Assembly (NCBI GenBank): GCA_002269645.1
Contig: NIVC01000300.1
Span: 186,001-250,000 of the forward strand
Length of the DNA stretch: 64,000 nt
Direction: 5' to 3'
Origin: Macrostomum lignano
Taxonomy: Eukaryota
Each line of letters starts with the position of its first letter. The stretch's first letter is position 1. This document shows positions 54,001 through 64,000 of this stretch, one piece after another. The notes below the pieces were generated by a model that worked only from the letters and a program-made list of their open reading frames with translations, ran no database searches and was not told where the DNA came from. A program made the translations under genes and the position numbers.

Positions 54001-54520
54001 CAGAATACAAGCTGCATTAACGTCTTTTTGCAACAACCCAGCCCTCATTGATAACATCATGTAGTGATCTACAGGTGAGCAGTCCTTTATACATTGCTTA
54101 ACGAGATTCTCTGTGGCATAGCACCTCCTTATCTAGATCTACATGTAGTAAAAAATTACCAATAAAAGCAACGTATCTTAGAAACAACGTATAGATTTTT
54201 TTAGTTTTTTAGCTCGAATGTTTTGCGTGCACGTTATTTGTCATTTTTAAAAATTCTGTTGAAGCACATCGGCACAAGCATCTTTTTAAAAATACATGCA
54301 TATATGGCTTAGTAAATTCTACCACTATCAGAAGCCTCTTCTTACCTTTTAAAAATTCTTTTGAAATAAAAGTTCAGTACATCTATTGATAAGACTTAAT
54401 ACCACTGTTAGAGCTGATTAGGACACTTAGAGTCCTACCTCCAAGACGGTAGGCTGAGAACTAGGTTGTAGGGCGCGTGGTAGCTCTCTCCCTCTCTTCC
54501 CGATTCCAAGCCTCCATCTG

Positions 54521-55250
54521 CCCCAGGGGCTTTAGCACCAGGGGCTTTAGCACCAGGGGCTTTAGCACCAGGGGCTTTAGCACCAGGGGCTTTAGCACCA
54601 GGGGCTTTAGCACCAGGGGCTTTAGCACCAGGGGCTTTAGCACCAGGGGCTTTAGCACCAGGGGCTTTAGCACCAGGGGCTTTAGCACCAGGGGCTTTAG
54701 CACCAGGGGCTTTAGCACCAGGGGCTTTAGCACCAGGGGCTTTAGCACCAGGGGCTTTAGCACCAGGGGCTTTAGCACCAGGGGCTTTAGCACCAGGGGC
54801 TTTAGCACCAGGGGCTTTAGCACCAGGGGCTTTAGCACCAGGGGCTTTAGCACCAGGGGCTTTAGCACCAGGGGCTTTAGCACCAGGGGCTTTAGCACCA
54901 GGGGCTTTAGCACCAGGGGCTTTAGCACCAGGGGCTTTAGCACCAGGGGCTTTAGCACCAGGGGCTTTAGCACCAGGGGCTTTAGCACCAGGGGCTTTAG
55001 CACCAGGGGCTTTAGCACCAGGGGCTTTAGCACCAGGGGCTTTAGCACCAGGGGCTTTAGCACCAGGGGCTTTAGCACCAGGGGCTTTAGCACCAGGGGC
55101 TTTAGCACCAGGGGCGCCAGCACCAGGGGCGCCAGCACCAGGGGCGCCAGCACCAGGGGCGCCAGCACCAGGGGCGCCAGCACCAGGGGCGCCAGCACCA
55201 GGGGCGCCAGCACCAGGGGCGCCAGCACCAGGGGCGCCAGCACCAGGGGT
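54521..55250. repeat. 15-bp minisatellite CCAGGGGCTTTAGCA, switching to CCAGGGGCGCCAGCA
   Basis: About 39 copies of the first variant, then about 9 of the second; the 268/270-aa ORFs are artefacts. Confidence 0.97.
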
Positions 55251-55511
55251 GCCAAACCAAATTGCAAGTCGTGGCTAGATTTTTTCTAAGCTGTTAGGGC
55301 GGTCTGCAGTCCCTTTCCCCCTTTTTCGGTTGGGCACTGCGAGCTCTTACAATGTCAGTGAAGAGGGGATTCGGACGGGCCTTAGTGTCTCCCCTCTACG
55401 TGACCCGTTTCACACCCAGCTGGCCTGGGTGACCTGTATGGAGGTACAACCGTTAATTTTTCGGATTCTGTTTCTACATAATTAGTTTCAATCATAAATT
55501 GCAGGTCATTC

Positions 55512-58500
55512 ATGGCAACCGACAAGTTTCCTTTGGAACTAAAGGTTCAATCCCGGCCAAACAACCTGCATGTGACCGATGTTTCAATCATCAATTCAGG
55601 CATTGTGATTCAAACACACTGTTTAAATAATGAAAAAATCTACTTGAAATCAAATAAAGCCTTTGTTACTAACCTATTCAACCCAGACACTAACACCTTC
55701 AAACGATTTGTCATAGCAGATTCGTTTGACTTTGAGATTTTGAGCTTGCTACCAAATGACTACACAACCAAGCTAGTGGTCGTAGCTGCGAAGAAAAACG
55801 AATACTTTCTGTTCTTCTACGATCTTCAATCTCACACGCCGTGGTCGCCATTTCTTCTAGAGCGCCTGCACGAAAAGCCATTAAAAACTGTATGGATCAA
55901 CGAGAGCACCGTAGCCATCATTACAGCGAACTGGCTGTACCACTGCGATGCCCGGCTAATTGTCCGACCGAATGAAGAGGACAAACAGCTAACAGTTTCC
56001 TTGGAGCACAAGCTCAATTTGAAAGCAGTCTCGGGCTACGAGATTTGCGAATCTTGTCAGTATGGCCTCATGCTCGCAGAGGACACCGCCAATCCTATTG
56101 TCATGTGTTTGATTAAGTTTGATCTAGACAAGCAGAGCTGTCACAAGATAATTAAGAGAGTTGATATCTTAGGAGCAACATTTTCCTACAAAGATGACGA
56201 CGGCAAAATCCCCATTATTCAAGCACTAGCCGTCAGCGAAAAACAGTGGATTTTTTGCACCATTCAGCTCGATGGGGACCTGAAAGAACTAGAAAATGAA
56301 AAACTGAGTGTCGCAGGGAATGAGAAAAACAACCCCAGAAGTGTCCCCACGGACTGGACACTTCCTCCGATCGGCTATCAGCCAATCAAGATGATGGCAA
56401 ATCCTGGAAACGAAAGGTGCTACCTGGTGAATCCAAACGAAGAACCAGTTCACTTTTTTAAGTTCAGCTTCGAGCATACAGAGTCCGAGTCGGGCAGTAC
56501 TGCACCAGATGACTTGGATCTTCCTGTTGGATCGTGTCAGGGTTTATTCGTTAATCAAGCGGATGGTCATCTCTCTGCCCTACTGAAGCACACAGATACT
56601 TCCTGGAGCATTTTGTGCTCTCGGTCGGCACAATTTAGCGTGAATCCCCATGAGGATACTGATCAAGAAATAAACTTGAATCAGAACCATTCAGCTTGCA
56701 CTCGATGGCTTCCGTTTGCCGACTATTCAGGAGGAAATCGCGGCTACTTAGCTGCGCTGGAGATCAGCTTTAGTCACCAAAGACTGGCTTGCTGCTTTTC
56801 TGCAAACGACTGTCTGATTCCTCCAAAGTTCTTCGAATCGGAATTATTCCTAAACTTTAATGATAACCGAGCTCTAAAAACAAGTTTACCGCAAGACATC
56901 TGCCCCCAAGCTGAGCGTTTCGGAGTCACCATTCCAAAGCTATATTTGCATCCACACGGAGATTCACAGAAGTCACCAGACTTCAAGCAGATTCGGGAAG
57001 CAGTCCCAAAGCTAGAAGACATGAAGCTTGTCAATACGCAGACAACTAAAGAGCGCATATCCAAGATACTTCTAATGGTGCATCGCAATGAACCAGTTCT
57101 TCTCGAAGGCGATCCGGGAACAGGAAAAACAATGACAGTTACCTACTGTGCCGCTCTGTGCAACGCTCCTCTATTGAGATTTACCCTTGGCTCTCAAACC
57201 ACAGTGGCAGATTTGCTAGGCTGCTTAAAGCCCTCTGGCACCGGCCTGCGCATTGAGCTCGGCGTACTGAGTCAGGCAGTGAAAGATGGCTACTGGCTAT
57301 TGCTGGAAGAGGCAAACCTAGCGAGTGATGCAGTGCTTAGGGTTCTCGAAGATGTTCTGAGCCATGGAGTTCTTCAAATTCAAGACAGCATGTTAGCTGG
57401 CCAGCCAGAAGCGTTGAATGGATGCATCAAATACCGACAGCATCCAAACTTTCGCCTCTTTATTTGCCAGAATTCAGTGCATAGCTATGGCTCAGGAAGA
57501 AATTTCCTATCACCGTCTTTTTTAAGCTATTTCTTAACGATGAACTGGGATTCAATGCCACAAAGTGAATGGCATGAGATAGCCAGAGAACTTGTTTCTG
57601 AGAGTGACAAGGCCGAAAAACTTATCACTGTACACCAGCATTTAACAAAAGAAGGCATTGTGCAGTCAACGTGGACTCTTCACGATCTTGTACACGCATG
57701 TAGTCTGCTAGAGAAACAGGATGCAAGTGAGGTAGTTATGCAACTGCTGTACTTGTACACCCAGTGGATGGATAGCTCGGACGAAGATAGTGCCAAACAA
57801 GTACTAAAAGTTTTAAACGAAAATTTTGGAGTTTCACCTTCAACTAAAGAAACGCATAATTTGGATGAGTCTCAAAAAACCATTCAGTTCTTAACAATGT
57901 GCCAAAAAAGTGGCCGCTCTGCCTTGATCGTAGGTCAGCATTTCTCCGGGAAGTATGAAGCGATCAAAACTTGGGCGAGACAATCAAGTATGGAATTGAT
58001 TGAGTATTACTGCAACGCCGAGACAACAATCGAAGACATTGTTGGGCAGCTCATGCCTGTGGTGAGTCATTTTAATACATCTTTGCGTCAGTGATTCGTG
58101 ATAACAATTTAAGAATATCAAATCAAGCACTCTTTGCGCACCTCGCTATTACTGTAGGTCTGGGTGGGATATCGACCAATGTTTTCAGAACAGTTCTTGA
58201 CTGGTTTGACATTTTTTCTAGCAAATGAAATGAAAATTCATTAAACGATTTAGTTAATTGTTAGTTTATCGCAAAGAAAACATGAAATATAAAATACCGT
58301 TGTAAAAGAAAAAGTACGAATTATTAAACTTTTTGTGTACTTTGTGCAATTCATTTATCCATAATACTACACACTCTAAGTTATAGTTCCGAGCAAAATG
58401 CTTTTAAAGCTGAATGACAGCAAAAGCATAACCACATGAAATGCACCTCTTTCATTCACACAGGAGTCAGAAAATCACCAACGAAATGCTAGTACCGAAA

Positions 58501-61500
58501 AAAGACAAGTCCCGAAATTCATTTGGAAGGATGGACCACTTGTGGCTGCCATGAAGCAGGACAAATGTCTGGTGCTGCGATCCGTCAACCAGTTAGACCT
58601 TCCCCTGCTCGAGGAACTGAGCAGTGTTATCGACAGCGTCAAATCATCACGATTTCGGTTGAATGGTGAGCTGGTTAAACCAAAACCGAAGTTTTGTATT
58701 GTGGCTACCTACAGCCGCTCCGATCCAGATGAAGCCGCTGACCTGCCTGCAGCTTTTCGAAGCAGATTTGCCAGTTTCGAGCAAAAAACTGAAAGCTTCA
58801 GTAGAAAATTAGCTACAATTCCTAGCTATGGAAAAAGCTCGACAATTCTTTTAAAAGCGCTTAAGTTAGCAACAAATTTCGAAGATACGAACCCTTCCGC
58901 TGGTCAAATATACCAGCTATTGCGAGGGATTCAAAGGCTTGACAAAGTGACAAAAGGCAGTCCATTCCTTTTTTCACTTTTCTCCGACTCCAACATACAA
59001 ACCGTTGTTGACAAATTTGCAACCCTTCTGTTTAGTTCAGCTGACCAAGACTTCAGCTTTCTCTACAAATCCTTGCCCGATATGCGAGACGAGAAATGTG
59101 GTTACCATCTCGGGGAGTCGAGAAAGAATATTTTCTGCCTGCTAGCAATAAGCATGGCCATGGGAATTCCAATTGTGCTGGAAGGCAACTCAGGAGTCGG
59201 CAAAACATCGCTAGTAAAACTTGTCAGCAGCAAAATTAACGAGGGAAATTACGTTCTTCATTCGTTCAACAAAGACACTTCCATATCAGACTTGATGGGC
59301 CACTATCTTCCAGCGGAGTCTGGCGTTCGCTTTGTGGAGGGAAGTCTCCGAAAAGCCATTCGCACAGGAGCAATTTTCATCGCCGATGAGTTTAATTTGG
59401 CAACCAGTGACGTCATTGGCTACTTAACACCATTGCTGAGTGGTAGCCATCAGTTTCGTTGCGCTGTGACGCAAGAAGAACTTCACGTTAAGCAGGCCTT
59501 TGCTTTTGTGGCAACGCAAAACCCACCAGAATATTCAGGGAGAAACGTTTTGCCTGAGTCCATAATTCAGAGGTTTTTGAAAGTCTCAGTTCCCGATTAC
59601 AGTGACGAAGAAATTACAGAAATTCTTAATGAGATAGTGAAATTTTCTCAGAAAAGAGATGTCTCCTTTGCAAGCACATGGTCAAAATATAATCCCTTCA
59701 GTTCTCGAGAAAAAAATCTGCTCGAAAAAATCAAAAGCATCGTGAACTTGCTAAGACAGCCAAATCGGTTGACTTTGTGCCTTCGAAGCCACATAAAGTT
59801 AATAAACAGACTGATAAGATCTGGAAGCCTGAAGTCCAGTCAGTGGCTTGAAGAGGCCGAATTGCATGCTGAAGTTCTCTTTGGTTCCAGTGAGCCTTTA
59901 AATTGCGCCATTAAACTTGAAGGCAAGGATTGGAAATTCATGATCGGGAATGCTGTTACCAAGACAGAAGTGAAGCTGAGTGCTTTGAAGACTAGCGAGC
60001 CAGAAAACCTATCGGAAAGCGCTCGTCTTAACTTATGCAAGCTGGCATTTGCTGTGGCTCACTGTGAGCCAGTAGTCCTGGAGGGGCCGACCAGCTACAA
60101 GGGCACACTAGTGAGGCAGCTATCCGAGATGGTGCAGTTAACTAAACGATGCGACTCTCTGACCACACTATATTTGTCTGAGCTAACGGAAGCCCGAGAC
60201 TTGCTCGGAGGTATTGAGCCTCATTCACCGGAGTCTTTCTGCGAAACCGTAGCCAGGAAGGCGGCCAAGGTTTTGTACAGCGAATACAAAGAAACTTTGT
60301 TCAGAAGAGATAAAAAAGAAAAGCAGCTGACGTCTCTTCAAGACATAAAAAGCTTTTTTCAAGTTCTTTGTAAACATTTGAAAACTCTTTTTAGTCACCC
60401 AGAGGCTTTCAGGTCCTGCAATGCGCGTGAATTCTGTGAAAAGATTTATGCTGAAGCTTACAAGCTTCCTGGTGATCCAAAGCTGATCTCTGATGCCACA
60501 TTTGCGCATGAAATTATGCTTCAGTTGATGCCTTCTGCTGACAACTGCAACCAAATTTTCCCTTTTTGTGAGCGCGGAGTCTTGGGAAACGTTCGTTTTG
60601 GTGGTATTTGCCTGCTGAGAGACGTTAACTTAGCTGATCAAGCGGTGGTGGAGAGGTTAAATTCTTTGACTGACCTTCATCCAACACTGCAGCATCCAAA
60701 TGGCGTTTCTATCCCGCTCCACGTCAATGAAAGTTTCAGAGTCGTCGCAACTGTGTCTCACCCTTTGACAACGCAAATTTCTAGGTCGATGCGTTCTCGA
60801 TTCACTTTCATTAACGTCAGCAACAAAGACGTGTCCGTTGATATTTCAAAAGAACTGACAGTATCTTTAGAACAAAAGATTTTAGGTAAAGTTTATGGAG
60901 AAAGGTTGCGGGAGGATGCTAAGCAGAAAAACATGGCGCTTACTGAATTCATGCTAATTCAAATAAAGAAACTTCTTGATTTGCCAATGGCTGAGAATTA
61001 TAGTTCATACGAATTAGCAAAAAAGATAGTTTTTGAAAAAGGCTGTTCCTTATGCAGCAATCCTGAACTTCAACCAGCTTTGTCGCAACTAAAAATAAGC
61101 GATTCCGGCAGAACATACACGGACGATATCGGGCTTTTGTTTCCTGGTGAAATTCAAGTTGAACAGTTGGGTCTTACGATGACAAAAGATGGATTGGAGG
61201 TGCTTAACTATTTGCTGATCGGTCACTACTCTGGGAGGGTAATTAATTTAGTCGGCCCTCCAGGTACTGGTAAAACAAAGCTTGTGCAAGTATTCGCCGA
61301 GAAGATGCTGCAGAAGACTTTCATTAGAATTTCGTGCTCAGACGACCTAGCACAGGACGATCTGTTCGGTGCGTATCTACCGAGTATAGAAAAGGGCAAG
61401 ATGAGCTTCAAAACAGAGTTGGGAACTATTTTAAAAGCAGCAAAGTCTGGAATTGGCTGTGTGATCTTGTTCGATGAAGTAAACTTGGCACCAACCGATG

Positions 61501-64000
61501 TGTTAAGCACAATCATAGGTAATTTTTCTTTTCATTAAATTTGAAGAAAAAAGCTTTCTAACTCGTACCAATCTGTTTTTACTTATGAGCTCGTAAAATC
61601 GATTTTATCTATTTAGCAAGTTTACAATAGTATTTTTCCTCAAAACATCCTAGGCATTTAATGTATTCGCAAATAAGACGTAATATTCAAGCGTTAATAT
61701 AAAATCTTCCAGAAAAAAATTAAATTACACTAAATTTCAGGACTACTAAAGCACCCGAAGGACAAAGTCTTTGACCTCAACGGACACGAACTATTGCTAG
61801 AGAAGGTAAGGCTCTGTTTAATGCAAAGTAATTTAAGTTTAAATGTAGATACGCGGCCTTTAGAGGCCGTTAGAAGTGTCGTTAGAGGTAGTCACGCAAT
61901 CAACACAAACTGTATTGAAATATTTACGAGTACATAAATATAGGCGTACACTGTGCACTCTGCCCCACATTGTGCACGATTCACTCTCGCCTAAACTTGT
62001 TTATTGTTTATCAACTGCCCCACTTATGTCTCGACCAATCGTGCATCAGTTTACCCGGAAACGTATACTTTAAAATAAAGTGTCAGGGATTTGCGCAATG
62101 ATTCTAGAGACAACATACACTATAAATTTTGTTTAACTTATAATTGATTATGTCATATTGATACACGGTAAATGGATATGTGATCCAGCCATTGTTCAAT
62201 GCATAGATTTTACAATGCACTTAATTTTAGTGTACTAACTGTTTACGTGCAATATTAATATTGTACATGTTTTCAGAACATTAACTACGAGTAAATGGAA
62301 TGTGTCTTTCCAGGTGCAATTCGTCTGCACAATGAACCCGGTGTCAGTGGGTGGAGGCAGACAGAATCTGTCATCATCGTTAACCAAACTGCTCCTGAAT
62401 GTGCACATTGAGGCGATGTCGAGAGAAGATACGGCTTTGATTATTAGAGAAAGATTTGCGAATAGGTTTCATGGAGAAGTTTAACGAGTAATTCAGTACC
62501 ACCTGAAAATATTAGACTTTTCGACGAATAATACAGCTCGTAGGTTCAACATTAGGGATGTGGAAAAAGTTGCTGACCTAACCGATGTCATGCGCGGCTC
62601 TGATCCGATTGGAGCTGCTTTGCGAATAGTTTACCATGAATGCGATCCTGAGGCGATCTCAGGCCAGCTTGGCGAAGCTCTGTCAGACGATTGTATGCTG
62701 CCATCGCACCTTGATATCGGAGAAGTCATTCACTCACGAGATAGTCTTCGGAAGGTAAAGCCGACTCAAAGACTGCTTTCATTACTACACGCTTCAATAG
62801 CGGCAAAGAAGGTTTGCCTGCTGACGGGTCCCCCAGCCTCGGGTAAAACTAGTGCAGTTTTCGAGCTTGCCCGGCGCCTTAAAAAGAAGATTTACTTCAT
62901 CCCCATCCACGCCGAAACAAGCATTGCTGATCTGCTTGGCGGAATCGCACCCACTGATCTGCAAGAAACCGGTGACGATCAAAGAAAAAATGCGCAAAGT
63001 TTGGCAGCAACAATGGCAAAAAGGTATCCAGATGATGCAATTCAAATTATTGCTCCAAAGACTGCGAAGATAAAAAGGCATGCTGAACACAAGCCGACAT
63101 CTCAAAAAAAGAAACTCAAAAATCTAAAAAAGATTGTCGGTGAGAGTGCAATCGGCAGTGAAAAATATAAAAATGACGGATTCAAATTTATCGACGGCCC
63201 CTTGCTATCAGCATTGAAAGAAGGAGCATGGGTGCTCCTCGACGGAGTGGACTTGGCTCGCCCAGAAGTACTTGAGCGGCTGAACTCTCTTGGAGAACGA
63301 GACTCTTATCTATACACGCATGAACTAGCAGCTGGCAAATCTACTGAGCACAAACTCAAGCCTTGCGAGGGTTTTGCACTCATTTGCACAACTACTGACC
63401 AAAGATCAAATGGCAGTCAGCTATCTGAGTCCTTCAAAAATCGGTGCATACAGATATATTGCCCAAGATTCGATGTTGATTGTGATGCTTTGTGTGGCAC
63501 GCAGGTACTGATTGAGCCAGGAGCTCTAGTAGAACCTTTAAAAGTAAAGCTAGTGAAACTTTTAGTAGATGCCTTTCTGAAAGACAAAAGTCAACTTGGA
63601 TTTAGGTGGTTACAAAAGCAGATAAATGCAATTTCGCATATAAAGGACTCAAAAGCAGTAACTGACCTGCTGCCCGATTCCTGGTCAGATTTTGTACCCA
63701 GTCTAGAAGCAATTTTCAACGAGAAAAACTTTGGACAGCATCGAAATTTCTCAGGTAAAATTCAACTACTAAAGTTCGAGCTACCTGCAATGAAACTGGC
63801 TTCTGTGGAACTGAAGAAGCCCCTATCTGAAATTTTCGAGCTTCTTTCCGAAACATGCAGTCCAATTGGCCTATTGAAAGATGCGCCCATATTCTGCAGG
63901 AGGCGGAATGCGATTGCCCGCTTAGAGGAAAATCCAGAAGCGCAAGTGCGTTTGAAAATGGAAAGTGAGCCGTTTAAAAACAAGATTTTTAGTTCGATCT
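55512..64000 (+). CDS. Midasin/Rea1-like multi-AAA+ ATPase, 5' partial (runs off the window), one in-frame stop
   Basis: Exons 55505/55512-58061, 58464-61518, 61741-61805, 62314-64000+, GT-AG and phase-compatible. Six AAA modules: EGDPGTGKT, GQHFSGKY (degenerate), EGNSGVGKT, EGPTSYKGT (degenerate), GPPGTGKT, GPPASGKT. Midasin/MoxR-type signatures FxWxDGPL, W/I-x-L-x-D/E-E-x-NLA, VLERLNSL, HPNFRLF, ATQNP, SRF. TAA at 62482-62484 interrupts an otherwise open exon. Confidence 0.8.

Noticed and set aside
54461-55289. 268/270-aa ORFs (LVLKP / GFSTR repeats) as an upstream exon of the AAA gene
   Set aside because: Pure 15-bp satellite translation with no splice-site support.
54435-55446. 8-bp inverted repeat TACCTCCA/TGGAGGTA flanking the 15-bp array as MITE ends
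   Set aside because: Too short, no TSD; compatible with chance.

Overview
Eukaryotic (metazoan) genomic DNA with short GT-AG introns and a very high density of micro/minisatellites. The style resembles a free-living flatworm such as Macrostomum, but that is inference only. Most long ORFs in the supplied track are artefacts of tandem repeats. Manual splice reconstruction gives four protein genes. (1) An 8-exon nicotinic acetylcholine receptor alpha-type subunit (+, 21506-32879, 618 aa) with a Pro-Ala M1-M2 linker, predicting an anion-selective channel. (2) A 12-exon galactocerebrosidase GALC (-, 34170-51030, 703 aa). (3) An intronless CHMP4/Snf7 gene (+), nested in GALC intron 5; a tRNA-Lys(CTT) (+) sits in GALC intron 3. 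(4) The 5' part of a very large, divergent midasin/Rea1-like six-AAA ATPase (+, 55512 to window end) with one in-frame TAA. GALC intron 8 holds an 8.67-kb Polinton/Maverick (adintovirus-like) endogenous viral element at 36664-45329. It has 100-bp TIRs starting AGTAGT and a perfect 6-bp TSD (ATCATA). It carries a cysteine protease, half a capsid gene, a decayed protein-primed PolB, a dUTPase and an unknown, apparently spliced gene. The first ~21 kb alternates many distinct satellite arrays with unique spacers that may hide small exons.
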